This document shows positions 17,332 to 27,703 of a stretch of DNA of 61,167 nt, piece by piece. Origin of the DNA: Acidobacteriota bacterium (GTDB lineage: Bacteria; Acidobacteriota; UBA4820; DSQY01); assembly GCA_021813555.1 (NCBI GenBank), contig JAKAKG010000120.1:1-61167 (forward strand). The letters are read 5' to 3'. A program made the translations under genes and the position numbers. Below the pieces are notes generated by a model. That model saw nothing but the letters and a program-made list of their open reading frames with translations. It did no database searches and was not told the DNA's origin. Position 1 is the stretch's first letter. Every line of letters starts with the position of its first letter.

Positions 17332-18009
17332 TTGTCCACGGCCGCCGTCATCGAGCTGGATCTGGAAGGGGTGGTCCTGGGCTGGGTCGCGGCTGAGGGG
17401 TGCGTTGCGGGTCCCTCCTCGCCGGCCCTGCTTGAGGAAGTGCGCCGCGCGGCGGAGTCGGCCGTGGCGGACCGGGAGAGTCCAAGAAGCCTGGTGTTGA
17501 AGGCGGCCGTCCGCGGGTTGCTGCGCTTCGGCGCGTACAAGCCCACGGGGCGAGGTAAACCCGCAAGCGAATACCTGCTCAAGGCCGCCGCCGAGGAGAC
17601 CTTCCCCGTCGTTAACGCCCTCGTGGATATCAACAATCTCGTCTCCGTGGAGAGCCTTCTCCCCATCTCCCTCGCCGATCTGGACCGTGCGGGGACGTGC
17701 CGGTTCCGTTGCCGGCGGGGAAAGGAAGGAGAGTCCTATGTCTTCAACCCTTCGGGCCAGGTCCTTGATCTGCGCGACCTCATCCTCCTGTCCCGCCTGC
17801 CGGGAGACGAACCCTGCGCCACGCCCGTGAAAGACAGCCAGGCCACCAAGACCCACGCCGGGAGCACGCGGGTGCTGGGGGTCATTTACGCTCCTGCGTC
17901 CCTGGCCCGGGAGGCGGGAGAGGCGGCGGAGCGGATGGGGGATCTCTTGGCCCGCCATGCCGGGGCCTCCGTATGCTGGGGCCTTCTGCCTCCCGCTGGC
18001 CACGGCTGA
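17332..18009 (+). CDS. Stand-alone B3/4 (PheT editing-like) domain protein
   Basis: YKPTGRGKPASEYL, NALVDINNLVS, LPISLAD; GGAGG then TTG. Confidence 0.85.
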   Translation: MSTAAVIELDLEGVVLGWVAAEGCVAGPSSPALLEEVRRAAESAVADRESPRSLVLKAAVRGLLRFGAYKPTGRGKPASEYLLKAAAEETFPVVNALVDINNLVSVESLLPISLADLDRAGTCRFRCRRGKEGESYVFNPSGQVLDLRDLILLSRLPGDEPCATPVKDSQATKTHAGSTRVLGVIYAPASLAREAGEAAERMGDLLARHAGASVCWGLLPPAGHG

Positions 18010-18202
18010 CGGAGGCTATGCGGAGAACCGGCTCCCCCATAGCAGGCAGTTAAACCAAAGGAACGCGCCTTCGGTCCAAGGCACATGGCCCGAGCCGTGA
18101 ATGTCTGGCCTTGGCGCGGAAAGTTCAGGCGGAGTATCATGGCCAAGAGACGGCGTGAGGGTCCGATGCCGATACCCATGGGAATCTATGTCGCGGTGTT
18201 CC

Positions 18203-19096
18203 ATGGCGCATCCTGAAAGGGACGAGCCCGGCGCGCGCGGACCCTCCGCGCCAGCGAAGAGAACATGGGTCCTGGCGCCTGCCCTCGTCTGGACGGCGGG
18301 CTTGGTGTTGGTGGGGCTCGTGGGCCTGGGGGACTTCATCACCGGCCCCTTCATGTCCTTTTCCGTGTTCTACCTTGTTCCCGTGGGGTTCATGGCATGG
18401 TTCGGCGGGCGGGCCGCGGGCTATGCGGGATCGCTGGCATCGGCCCTTGCCTGGTTCCTGGCTCAGGCTGGCGACAGGATCATGTTTGCTCATGCCGCGG
18501 TGCCGTACTGGAACGCCCTCGTGGAACTGATCTTTTTTCTCAGTCTGTCCACCATCGCCTGCGCCTTGAAGGACGCCCTCGCGCGGGAATCGGAACTGGC
18601 GCGCACGGACGACTTGACGAGGGTGGCCAACCGCCGCCAGTTCTTCGAGCTGGCCGAGATGGAAATCCGCCGCGCGGGCCGGTACGGACACCCCTTTTCA
18701 GTGGCGTATATCGACCTCGACAAGTTCAAAGAAGTGAACGACGTCCGGGGCCACCACGAAGGGGACCGGCTCCTGCGTGATGTGGGCCAGTCCATCCAGG
18801 CCAGCATCAGGGCCACGGACCTTCTGGCCCGCATGGGAGGAGACGAGTTCGCCATCCTCATGCCCGAGGCCGGTCCCGAGGCCGCGGCCAAGGTCTACGA
18901 GAAGGTCCGCGCGGGCCTCGGCGAGAGGGTGACGTCGGCGTTCCCGGAAATTTCGGTGAGCGTGGGCCTCGTGACTTGGCTCGCTCCCCCGGCCTCCACG
19001 GACGACTTGCTGCGGCAGGCGGACCACCTGATGTACGCCGTCAAGGACGAGGGACGGAACGGGGTCCGCCACCGGGTGGTGGGAGCACCGTCGTGA
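18203..19096 (+). CDS. Membrane-bound diguanylate cyclase
   Basis: About 4 TM, DDLTRVANRR, DLDKFKEVND, RATD I-site, GGDEF. Confidence 0.92.
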   Translation: MAHPERDEPGARGPSAPAKRTWVLAPALVWTAGLVLVGLVGLGDFITGPFMSFSVFYLVPVGFMAWFGGRAAGYAGSLASALAWFLAQAGDRIMFAHAAVPYWNALVELIFFLSLSTIACALKDALARESELARTDDLTRVANRRQFFELAEMEIRRAGRYGHPFSVAYIDLDKFKEVNDVRGHHEGDRLLRDVGQSIQASIRATDLLARMGGDEFAILMPEAGPEAAAKVYEKVRAGLGERVTSAFPEISVSVGLVTWLAPPASTDDLLRQADHLMYAVKDEGRNGVRHRVVGAPS

Positions 19097-20307
19097 CCGA
19101 TGCCGCGCACGGGGCGCAAGGCCCTTCGCCCGATCCGCCCGCCGTGTCCATACGGGACTTGGCCTTCACCCTCTTCATGATCGGCCTCACCTCCTACGGC
19201 GGGCCGGCCATCGTGGCGCAGATTCGCAGGGTGACGGTCATGAAAAAGGGCTGGCTTACGGAGGGGGAGTTCGAAGAGTCCCTGGCCTTCTGCCAGACCC
19301 TTCCGGGACCCATCGCCGTTCAGACCGCGGCCCACGTCGCCTGGCGCCTTCGCGGGCCCCTCGGTGCTCTCGTTGCGACGGCGGCTTATGTCTTTCCCGC
19401 GTTTCTCCTCATGGTCGGCCTCTCCGCCGCCTATATGCACCTGGGCCAGGTGCCATCCGTGGTGGCCATCCTCCGAGGATTGCGCGCCGTTGTGGTCGCC
19501 ATCGTGGCCGATTCCATCCTCTCCATGGCCAAGCCCGCCTTGAAGGACGGCCGGGGTGTCCTCCTCGGGATTGCGGCGGCGGCGGCCCTCATCCTCCACA
19601 CGGGCGCCCTCCTGGTTCTCCTGGGATCGGCGCTCCTCGCCATCCCCCTTCTCTGGGGGACGGCCCCGCCCGGTCCGCTGCAAACCCAAGGCCCGGCCGT
19701 GAAAACCTCCGGGACATGGAAGGGAGCCGCCGCCATCGTCCTGGTGGCCCTGATCTTTGCGGGGGTGGTGGTTCTGTCGGGCCTGGAGAACCCGCTCCTT
19801 CCCGCGGTGGCGGTCACCATGGCCAAGGTGGACATGCTCGCCTTCGGAGGCGGGTACACGGCCGTGGCCCTGATGCACGATCTGGTCGTGACGGCCAACC
19901 CCTGGCTGACGAATCAGGAGTTTCTGGACGGCCTGGCCCTCGGCCAGATCACTCCCGGCCCGGTGATCCTCACGGCCACGTTCATCGGGTACAAAGTGGC
20001 GGGGTTGGCGGGGGCCCTCACGGCTACGGCGGCCGTATTTCTTCCCTCGTGGCTCCTCCTCGTCCTCCTCGCGCCCCAGTTCGCGAGGATCCGGGGTCTC
20101 GTCCTCGTTCACCGCATGGTGCGGGGCCTCCTGGCCGCCTTCGTGGCCATGCTGGCCTACGTGCTCTGGCAGGTTTCTCTCGACGCCCTGACGGACCGAA
20201 GGAGCCTCTTCCTGGCCGTGGCGGCCCTCGTTCCCTTGAGGTTGAAGGTGGCTCCCCTGTGGGTGGTGGCCGGCGGAGTCCTCCTCTCGATCCTCCTATT
20301 CAGGTAA
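19093..20307 (+). CDS. chrA: Chromate ion transporter (CHR family)
   Basis: SYGGPA, QTLPGP, FGGGYT, GQITPGP; GTG overlaps the upstream stop. Confidence 0.9.
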   Translation: MTDAAHGAQGPSPDPPAVSIRDLAFTLFMIGLTSYGGPAIVAQIRRVTVMKKGWLTEGEFEESLAFCQTLPGPIAVQTAAHVAWRLRGPLGALVATAAYVFPAFLLMVGLSAAYMHLGQVPSVVAILRGLRAVVVAIVADSILSMAKPALKDGRGVLLGIAAAAALILHTGALLVLLGSALLAIPLLWGTAPPGPLQTQGPAVKTSGTWKGAAAIVLVALIFAGVVVLSGLENPLLPAVAVTMAKVDMLAFGGGYTAVALMHDLVVTANPWLTNQEFLDGLALGQITPGPVILTATFIGYKVAGLAGALTATAAVFLPSWLLLVLLAPQFARIRGLVLVHRMVRGLLAAFVAMLAYVLWQVSLDALTDRRSLFLAVAALVPLRLKVAPLWVVAGGVLLSILLFR

Positions 20308-20454
20308 CCAGCATATAGCCGATATCTGGGTGAAATGGCCCAGCCGTAAGCGCCCCGGCCGGGCTCCTATGGCATCACCTCGACGAGACTTCTATGATCA
20401 CATCTTGGGTACGGGAGACCGGCCCGAAATGAACCACGGGGGATTCTTTACACG

Positions 20455-20482
20455 AGGCGGAGCGGGGGGGCTCCGCCTTTTT
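20455..20482 (+). terminator. Intrinsic terminator
   Basis: AGGCGGAGC-GGGGGG-GCTCCGCCT-TTTT. Confidence 0.65.
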
Positions 20483-20582
20483 CATGTACAATCTCATGGA
20501 GCGCCGTGCCCGGCCGCCTTGCCCCTCGCACGGTTTCCGGGCGCGGACGGCGGGTTCAAGACTCCGCGATGAAAGGGCGCGC

Positions 20583-21083
20583 ATGGCGAAAACCGAATCC
20601 TTTGACGTGACCACGGGCGTGGACTTGATGGAGGTGGAGAATGCCGTCAATCAGGCCCAGAAAGAGATCGGCCAGAGGTATGACTTCAAGGGGCTCAAGG
20701 TTCTCATGGAGCTGAAGAAGGCCGACCACCTCGTGAACCTCGAAGCTCCCGACGATATGAAACTGAACGCCATGTGGGAGATGCTTCTGGGCAAGCTCGT
20801 CCGCCGCCAGGTCCCCGTCAAGAACTGCCAGCGCGGCCTGGTCCAGAAGGCCGGCGGGGACCGGGTCCGGCAGGAGATTAAACTCGTGTCGGGCCTGGAT
20901 ATCGAGACGTGCAGAAAGATCGTCAAGATCATCAAGGAAGCCAAGCTCAAGAAAGTCCAGGCTGCCATCGAGGCGGACAAGGTGAGGGTGTCGTCGCCGT
21001 CCCGCGACGAGCTCCAGGACACCATCGCTCTCCTCAAGGGCCAGGAGTTCGAGGTCGATCTCCAGTTCGGCAACTACCGCTGA
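20583..21083 (+). CDS. yajQ: YajQ family nucleotide/c-di-GMP-binding protein
   Basis: SFDVTT, NAVNQA, RYDFKG, KVQAAI, RDELQ, LQFGNYR. Confidence 0.93.
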   Translation: MAKTESFDVTTGVDLMEVENAVNQAQKEIGQRYDFKGLKVLMELKKADHLVNLEAPDDMKLNAMWEMLLGKLVRRQVPVKNCQRGLVQKAGGDRVRQEIKLVSGLDIETCRKIVKIIKEAKLKKVQAAIEADKVRVSSPSRDELQDTIALLKGQEFEVDLQFGNYR

Positions 21084-21193
21084 TCCGTCTTTGCCCCCGG
21101 GGCCTTTAATTGGGGCAGGGCCTGCGCTACAATACAACCATCATTCAGGCAGGCGCGCCTTGCCGGTCCTCGGGCCGGGAGGCGGAGGGGGCC

Positions 21194-23641
21194 ATGGGGC
21201 TAAGGAAGGGAATCGCCAAAAGCATCCATGCATTCGTGGAGGCCTCGCCCGATCCTCTGGCGGTCCTCAGAGACGATGGTGTGCTGGAGGTGGCGAACAG
21301 GACATTCCTGGCCCTCATCGGCATGAACGCCAAGGAGGTGCGGGGAAGCGGCCTGTCACAGCGGGTCCACGCCGAAGACTGGTCCCGGCTCCTGGAGGCC
21401 ATGGCCGGCTCCGAGGAATCGGCCGGAGGCCTGCCCGTACTTTCCTGCCGCGTCGCTGGCGAGGGAGAGACCTGGCGGGATTTCCAGGTTCTCGTCCTCC
21501 GCCTTCCGTTCGAGAGCCATGCCCACGTAATCTTCCCGTATCAGTCCCGGGTGCCGAGCGGCGGCGCTCTTGCATCCCACGGCCCCTTCGCCAGGATCGC
21601 CGAGCAGTCGGGCGAGATGGTCATCATCACGGACAGGGCGGGCACGATCCTCTACGTCAACCCCGCCTTCGAACGGATCACCGGTTACTCCCGGGAGGAG
21701 GTCATCGGCCAAAGCCCCGGCCTCCTCAAGCCGGGCCAGAATCCTCCTGAGCTCTTCAGGGCATTTTGGCAGGCCCTCTCCTCCGGCCAGACCTTTCACG
21801 GCATGGTGGCCTGCCACAAGAAGGACGGCACCCTCTACTACGAGGAGAAGACCGTTTCCCCCGTGTTCGACGGCAGCGGGGCCGTCACCCACTTCGTGTC
21901 CACGGGCAAGGGATTGAGCGAGCGCATGCGCGCGGAGGAGGAGCTGCGCGCCAGCGAGGAGCGCTACGCCCTCGCCGCCGAAGGGGCCAACGACGGCCTG
22001 TGGGATTGGGACCTGCGCATGGACCGGGTCTTCTACTCTCCTCGCTGGAAGGCCATGCTCGGCGGGGAGGAGGAGGACATGTCCAACTCTCCCGAAGACT
22101 GGCTCCACCGGATCCATCCCGATGACCAGCTCGCGTTCAAGGCCCGGCTCGAGGCCCACCTCCGGGGAGACACGCCCCATTTCGAGCACGAGCATCGCAT
22201 CCTCCACCGGGACGGGCGGTACCGGTGGATGCTCACCCGCGGCCTCGCCGTGAGGGACGGGGAGGGCAAGGCCTACCGCATGGCGGGGTCCCAGACGGAC
22301 ATCACGGAGAGGAAGGTGGCGGAGGAGCGCCTCCTCTTCGACGCCATGCACGACACCCTCACGGGGCTGCCCAACCGCGCCCTGTTCATGGACCGCCTGG
22401 GGCAGGCCATCGCCCGGGCCCAGCGCCGCGAAGGATATGCCTTCGCCGTCCTGTTCCTGGACCTGGACCGCTTCAAGGTTGTGAACGACAGCCTGGGGCA
22501 CATGGTGGGAGACCGGCTCCTGGTGGAGATGGCCCGGCGCCTGGCCACGTGCCTGCGCCCGGCCGACACGGTGGCGCGGCTGGGGGGGGACGAGTTCGTC
22601 GTCCTCCTGGAGGACATCCGCACGGCCACCGATGCGACCCTCTTCGCGGACCGCATCCAGAAGGGGCTCAAGGCTCCCTTCAGCCTGGAAGGGCGCGAGG
22701 TCTACACCGCGGCCAGCATCGGCATCGCCCTCAGCGCCACGGGCTACGAGCACGCCGAGGACCTGCTCCGTGACGCGGACATCGCCATGTACCGGGCCAA
22801 GTCCATGGGCAAGGCCCGCTCCGCCGTCTTCGACCGGGCCATGCACTCCTCCGCCATGGCCCTGCTCGAACTGGAAACAGAGCTGCGCCGGGCCGTGGAG
22901 CGCATGGACTTTCGCATGGTCTACCAGCCCATCGTGTCCCTGGAAAACCGCAGGATCGTGGGCTTTGAGGCCCTCATCCGCTGGCAGCATCCCACGAAGG
23001 GAGACATCCCGCCCACCAAGTTCATCCCCCTGGCGGAGGAGACGGGCCTCATCGTCCCCGTGGGCCAGTGGATCCTGCGCGAGTCATGCCGCCAGCTTCG
23101 CGCCTGGCAGGGCCTCGCCCGGCGAAGTCCGCCCCTTTATATGAGCGTCAACCTGTCGGGCATCCAGCTCCTCCAGCCCGAGCTCATCATGCAGATCGAT
23201 CTCCTCCTCAGGGAGACGGGCCTCGACGGGCGCACCCTCAAGCTGGAGATCACCGAGAGCGTCATCATGGAGCACGCCCAGTACGCGCTGGACATGCTCA
23301 AACAGCTCAAGGCCCAGAACATCAAGCTGGCCATCGACGACTTCGGAACGGGCTACTCCTCCATGAGCTACCTGCGCCGCTATCCCATCGACACGGTGAA
23401 GGTGGACCAGTCTTTCGTGGCCAGGATCACCAGCGACGAAGAGAACCTCGAGATCGTCCGCTCCATCGTGACCATGGCCCACAACCTCAAGATGGACGTG
23501 GTGGCAGAGGGCGTGGAGACCAAGGGGCAGCTCGACAAGCTCCGCACCCTCTCCTGCGAGTACGGCCAGGGATATTATTTCTCGCGGCCCGTGGAGCGCG
23601 ACGCCGCCGAGGCCCTCCTCCTCTCCAAATGGTCCGGGTGA
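21194..23641 (+). CDS. PAS/PAC sensor with GGDEF and EAL domains
   Basis: Three PAS-like repeats; ARLGGDEF; FEALIRW; DDFGTGYSS; VAEGVET. Confidence 0.95.
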   Translation: MGLRKGIAKSIHAFVEASPDPLAVLRDDGVLEVANRTFLALIGMNAKEVRGSGLSQRVHAEDWSRLLEAMAGSEESAGGLPVLSCRVAGEGETWRDFQVLVLRLPFESHAHVIFPYQSRVPSGGALASHGPFARIAEQSGEMVIITDRAGTILYVNPAFERITGYSREEVIGQSPGLLKPGQNPPELFRAFWQALSSGQTFHGMVACHKKDGTLYYEEKTVSPVFDGSGAVTHFVSTGKGLSERMRAEEELRASEERYALAAEGANDGLWDWDLRMDRVFYSPRWKAMLGGEEEDMSNSPEDWLHRIHPDDQLAFKARLEAHLRGDTPHFEHEHRILHRDGRYRWMLTRGLAVRDGEGKAYRMAGSQTDITERKVAEERLLFDAMHDTLTGLPNRALFMDRLGQAIARAQRREGYAFAVLFLDLDRFKVVNDSLGHMVGDRLLVEMARRLATCLRPADTVARLGGDEFVVLLEDIRTATDATLFADRIQKGLKAPFSLEGREVYTAASIGIALSATGYEHAEDLLRDADIAMYRAKSMGKARSAVFDRAMHSSAMALLELETELRRAVERMDFRMVYQPIVSLENRRIVGFEALIRWQHPTKGDIPPTKFIPLAEETGLIVPVGQWILRESCRQLRAWQGLARRSPPLYMSVNLSGIQLLQPELIMQIDLLLRETGLDGRTLKLEITESVIMEHAQYALDMLKQLKAQNIKLAIDDFGTGYSSMSYLRRYPIDTVKVDQSFVARITSDEENLEIVRSIVTMAHNLKMDVVAEGVETKGQLDKLRTLSCEYGQGYYFSRPVERDAAEALLLSKWSG

Positions 23642-23675
23642 GGGAATTCGGGTTCCCTGTTTTCGGTGCTGAATC

Positions 23676-25667
23676 CTACTCTTTGAGGAGCCTGTCTCTC
23701 AGCGCGGAGGCCTTGTCGCGGAGCTCGGCGGCCTCCTCGTAGTGGAACTCCGCGGCGGCGGCGTACATGGCGGTCTCCACGCGGGCAATCTCGGCCCCCA
23801 GAGCTTCGGCATCGGCGTAGGCGGCGGGCTCCTCGGCCACGTCCGGGATGCCGTAGTAGTCCATTTCAAAAACGCTCGACAGGATGGTGTCCAGGGCCTT
23901 GACGATGCTCTGGGGCGTGATGCCGTGCTCTTCGTTGTAGGAGGCCTGCTTTTCTCGGCGGCGGCGCGTCTCGGCCAGGGCCAGGCGCATGGCCTCCGTT
24001 TCCCGATCGGCGTAGAGGATGGCCTTCCCTTCCACGTTTCTCGCGGCGCGGCCCATGGTCTGGATGAGTGCACCGCGGCTGCGGAGGAATCCCTCCTTGT
24101 CCGCGTCCAGAATGGCCACCCGGCTCACCTCGGGCAGGTCCAGCCCTTCGCGCAGGAGGTTCACGCCCACCAGGACGTCGAAGGTTCCCTTGCGAAGGCC
24201 GCGCAGAATCTTGACACGCTCCAGGGTCTCGATGTCCGAGTGGAGGTATTCCACCTTCAGGCCCAGCTCCTTGAAATATTTCGTTAGCTCCTCGGCCATC
24301 TTCTTCGTCATGGTGGTGACGAGGACGCGCTGGCCCTTCGCCGTGACCTCCCGGCACTCCTTGTACAGGTCCTCCACCTGGCCCGTGGCGGGGCGGACCT
24401 CCGCCACGGGGTCCATGAGGCCCGTGGGGCGCACCACCTGCTCTGCGCTCACGCCCCCCGCCGCTTCGAGCTCGTACCGGGAGGGCGTCGCCGACACGTA
24501 GACGAGCTGGGGCACGAGGGCGTTGAACTCCTCGAATTTCAAGGGCCGGTTGTCGAGGGCCGAGGGCAGGCGGAACCCGTACTCCACCAGGGTGGTTTTG
24601 CGAGACCTGTCCCCGTTGTACATGGCGTTGAGCTGGGGCACGGTCATGTGGGATTCGTCCAGGAAGACCAAGGCGTCCGTGGGGAGATACTCCAGCAGCG
24701 TGGGCGGCGGCTCCCCAGGCGCGCGTCCTGTGAGGTGCCGCGAGTAGTTTTCCACGCCGTTGCAATACCCGATCTCCGCCATCATCTCCACGTCGAACTG
24801 CGTGCGCTGCCCGAGACGCTGGGCTTCCAGGAGCCTGCCCTGGCCCTCGAGCTCCTTGAGGCGCTCCTTCAGCTCGATCTTGATGGAATCCACGGCGGCG
24901 AGCACCTGCTCCCTGGGGGTGGCGTAGTGCGTTCTCGGATAAACGGTGACGGCCTCCATCTCCTGCACGATTTCGCCCGTGAGGGGGTCCACCTTGAGGA
25001 TTCTCTCCACGTCATCCCCGAAGAGCTCGATCCGGTAAACCGCCTCCTCGTAGGACGGGAAGACCTCGATCACGTCCCCGCGCACGCGGAAGCGCCCCCG
25101 CTCCAGGACGGACGGTGTTCGCGTGTAGAGGATGTCCACGAGGCGCCTCAGGATGCTCTGCCGGTCCACCGTCTCCCCAACCTTGATGGGGAGGGTCATG
25201 CCGTAATAGGAGGCCGGCTCGCCCAGGCCGTAGATGCAGGACACGCTCGCCACGATGAGCACGTCGCGCCGCTCCATGAGGCTTCGCGTGGCGCTCAGGC
25301 GGAGGCGGTCGATCTCCTCATTGATGGTGGATTCCTTCTCGATGTAGGTGTCGGTGGAGGGCATGTAGGCTTCGGGCTGGTAGTAATCGTAATAAGAAAC
25401 GAAATACTCCACGGCGTTCCGCGGAAAGAACTGCTTGAACTCGGAGAAGAGCTGCGCCGCCAGGGTCTTGTTGTGGGCCATGACCAGGGTGGGCCGGTTG
25501 AGCTGGGCCGCCACGGCGGCCATGGTGAAGGTTTTTCCCGAGCCCGTGACGCCCAGCAGAACGTTGTGGCGTTCCCCCCCGTTCAGCCGTCTGACGAGGG
25601 CCTCGATGGCGGCGGGCTGGTCTCCGGTGGGTTCGAAGGGCGCTTCAAGGTGAAAGCGGTCGGCCAT
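23676..25667 (-). CDS. uvrB: Excinuclease ABC subunit B
   Basis: [32 protein letters not shown]-terminal UVR domain. Confidence 0.98.
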   Translation of the reverse strand: MADRFHLEAPFEPTGDQPAAIEALVRRLNGGERHNVLLGVTGSGKTFTMAAVAAQLNRPTLVMAHNKTLAAQLFSEFKQFFPRNAVEYFVSYYDYYQPEAYMPSTDTYIEKESTINEEIDRLRLSATRSLMERRDVLIVASVSCIYGLGEPASYYGMTLPIKVGETVDRQSILRRLVDILYTRTPSVLERGRFRVRGDVIEVFPSYEEAVYRIELFGDDVERILKVDPLTGEIVQEMEAVTVYPRTHYATPREQVLAAVDSIKIELKERLKELEGQGRLLEAQRLGQRTQFDVEMMAEIGYCNGVENYSRHLTGRAPGEPPPTLLEYLPTDALVFLDESHMTVPQLNAMYNGDRSRKTTLVEYGFRLPSALDNRPLKFEEFNALVPQLVYVSATPSRYELEAAGGVSAEQVVRPTGLMDPVAEVRPATGQVEDLYKECREVTAKGQRVLVTTMTKKMAEELTKYFKELGLKVEYLHSDIETLERVKILRGLRKGTFDVLVGVNLLREGLDLPEVSRVAILDADKEGFLRSRGALIQTMGRAARNVEGKAILYADRETEAMRLALAETRRRREKQASYNEEHGITPQSIVKALDTILSSVFEMDYYGIPDVAEEPAAYADAEALGAEIARVETAMYAAAAEFHYEEAAELRDKASALRDRLLKE

Positions 25668-25726
25668 GGGCGGAACCTCCAAATGGATAGCTTAGGCGCC
25701 TTGGAAGATTCTGCCAAGGAGGAACG

Positions 25727-25916
25727 GGAGGGAGGGACGGGAGCGGGAAGCGGGGAGAAGGGGAGCAGGCAGTGAACCGTGAGGCGTCAGCAGGCAGGAG
25801 CGAGGCATGAGCCGTGAGGAAGAGGTGGCGGGGCAAAGCGCCGCGCGGTCTTGAGCGTTTCTTTCTGCTCCCTGCTTCCCGCTCCCTGCTGCCCGCTCCC
25901 CGCTCCCCGCTCCCTA
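25727..25916. repeat. Inverted pair of GGGAGCA / CTCCCTG heptamer arrays
   Basis: gggagcgggaagcggggagaagggagcagg ... ctccctgcttcccgctccctgctgcccgctccccgctccccgctccct. Confidence 0.75.
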
Positions 25917-26513
25917 ATAATTCATCTGAAACGCCGGCTTGGCCTTGCCCTTCCACCAGGAGGCGGAGGCCACGGACCGGCGGAGGGCGTAGTCGTCGTA
26001 GGTTCCCTTGAAGGTGGCGATGCCCAAAAGGACGTCCTGGCCTCCGAAGTGGCGCGCTTGCCCCCAGGCTTCGTCTTTGAGGATGAAATTGGAGGGAAGG
26101 ACAGGGCGGGTGCCGTTCAGAAAGAGCGTACCTTGGACGGAGTAATCGGTGCCGAGGATCACGAGGACCGCGCCGCCCCCCGGGGCCGGGCTCTCGTTGA
26201 GAAGGATCTGTTGGTCCTTGGAGCAGCTCCACGCGAGGGGCGCTCCATCAAAGGGCGGACGTGGCTCGGCTTCGGAGGGCGAGGACGCCGGGGCTGCCTG
26301 GGCTACCGGTTTCGGCGGCGGGGCGGGGCGGGGTTTGGCGGCGCTCGACACGGGGGCCGGTACGGGACTGGGCTCGGGGATGGCGGTACGGTGGCGGGCC
26401 CGAGCTCCCGCGGCGAGGAAATATACGGTCCCCGCCAGGGCCGCTGCGATGATGCCGCCCAGCAGGCCGGCCGCGAGCCAGAGTACGGGGCCTTTGGGTT
26501 GGTGGTCGGTCAT
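25914..26513 (-). CDS. Hypothetical membrane-anchored protein with a Pro/Ala linker
   Basis: One N-terminal TM, PEPSPVPAP linker, globular C-terminus. Confidence 0.7.
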   Translation of the reverse strand: MTDHQPKGPVLWLAAGLLGGIIAAALAGTVYFLAAGARARHRTAIPEPSPVPAPVSSAAKPRPAPPPKPVAQAAPASSPSEAEPRPPFDGAPLAWSCSKDQQILLNESPAPGGGAVLVILGTDYSVQGTLFLNGTRPVLPSNFILKDEAWGQARHFGGQDVLLGIATFKGTYDDYALRRSVASASWWKGKAKPAFQMNY

Positions 26514-26543
26514 GGTCCGGTCTCCCCGCGGCGGTGCCGCCAT

Positions 26544-27449
26544 CTATTTCCAGAGTAGCACGAGGACGCCCGCGAAGGAGGCCAGGGTTCCCAAGGTCGC
26601 CCTCCAGGAGAGGCGCTCCTTGAACAGCAGCCACATGATGGGCAGGAGGAGGACGGGGACGAGGGCCATGAGGGCGGAGGCTACTGCCACTTTGGCGTGG
26701 TCCACGGCGTAGAGGGACATCCAGACGCCCAGGAAGGGTCCCGTGGTGGCACCGCACGCCGTGAAGAGGAGGGCCTTGCGGTCCTTGAACTTGCCGAAGT
26801 TCTCTCGGACGCCGCCCAGGACAAGGGTTACGAGCCAGATGGCGGCGGCGGCCACGAGCATGCGGATGAGAGTTCCGGACAGGGCCGGGAATCCCCCCGT
26901 GAGTCCCTGCTTGGCCAGGACGAGCCCCGCCGCCTGGCACACGGCGCCCCCGATGGCGCAGGCCGTGCCCCGGGCCAGACGCTCCGCCCGGACGGGGCCG
27001 GGGGCGTCCACGCCCCGTTCCAAGATCACCCACGCGATGCCCGCCACCGTGAGGGCGATGCCCCCCACTTCCCTCAGAGCGAGAGATTCGTCCAGGAAGA
27101 GGAAGGCCAGGAAGGCCGACACAATGGGCCAGGAGGACATGACGAGCATGGCCTTTCTCGGCCCGAGGTCCACGAGGGCTTGGAAGAGGAAGGTATCCCC
27201 CAGGGCCAGGCCCACGATGCCCGACAGGCCCAGCCAGAGCCAGTGGCGCGCTTCCGCCTGGGCGGGGAAGGGGAATCCGAGGAAAATCCAGTGGGCCCCG
27301 GACAGGAGAAGCACGGCCATGAGCAGGCGCGTCCGGTTGACCGAAAGGGCACCCACCCGGTCGCTGGCCTGGGAGAAAAAGATGGCCGTGAAAGACCAGA
27401 CGAGCGCCGTGAGAAGGGCGGCCAGGGCACCGAGGGTTGCTTCGGGAAT
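26544..27449 (-). CDS. DMT/EamA family transporter, probable ATT start
   Basis: Two EamA repeats. The frame is open upstream of GTG 27356 through a full TM1 (GALAALLTALVWSFTAIFF) up to TAG 27471-27473. GGAGG lies 6 nt before the ATT. Confidence 0.85.
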   Translation of the reverse strand: MPEATLGALAALLTALVWSFTAIFFSQASDRVGALSVNRTRLLMAVLLLSGAHWIFLGFPFPAQAEARHWLWLGLSGIVGLALGDTFLFQALVDLGPRKAMLVMSSWPIVSAFLAFLFLDESLALREVGGIALTVAGIAWVILERGVDAPGPVRAERLARGTACAIGGAVCQAAGLVLAKQGLTGGFPALSGTLIRMLVAAAAIWLVTLVLGGVRENFGKFKDRKALLFTACGATTGPFLGVWMSLYAVDHAKVAVASALMALVPVLLLPIMWLLFKERLSWRATLGTLASFAGVLVLLWK

Positions 27450-27467
27450 GGGGAACCTCCAGCGGAT

Positions 27468-27496
27468 AGTCTAGCTCGTGCGTGGCGTCCTGCCAA
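27468..27496 (-). promoter_or_regulatory. Sigma70-type promoter of the DMT gene
   Basis: TTGGCA-17 nt-TAGACT. Confidence 0.55.
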
Positions 27497-27512
27497 GGAG
27501 GGGAGAATGAGG

Positions 27513-27610
27513 AGTAAAAAGTGAAAAGTGAAAAGTAAAATTAAAAAGTAGAAAGTGAAAAGCGTGCATGGAAGGCGGTTCGCTCTGCTCCCGGCTACCT
27601 GCTCCCTGAA
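27513..27610. repeat. Composite repeat copy A (GTGAAAA array, 17-nt spacer, CTCCCTG array)
   Basis: Aligns with 29002-29109. Confidence 0.7.
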
Positions 27611-27637
27611 TGGAACTGAGATGGGATGAAGAAAGCA

Positions 27638-27653
27638 GCACCATGCATGGTGC
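27638..27653. terminator. Perfect 16-bp palindrome downstream of the MFS gene
   Basis: GCACCATGCATGGTGC flanked by A- and T-rich runs. Confidence 0.45.
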
Positions 27654-27703
27654 CTTTTGCACTTCAAATCGCCTCTTGACGTCCTTGGTGCCCGGGTGGT
27701 GAG

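Noticed and set aside
20548-20570. tRNA T-arm-like GCGGGTTCAAGACTCCGC
   Set aside because: The loop is too long, and there is no D-arm, anticodon arm or acceptor stem.
20330-20572. 80-aa ORF between chrA and yajQ
   Set aside because: No RBS or motif, and it runs through a terminator hairpin.
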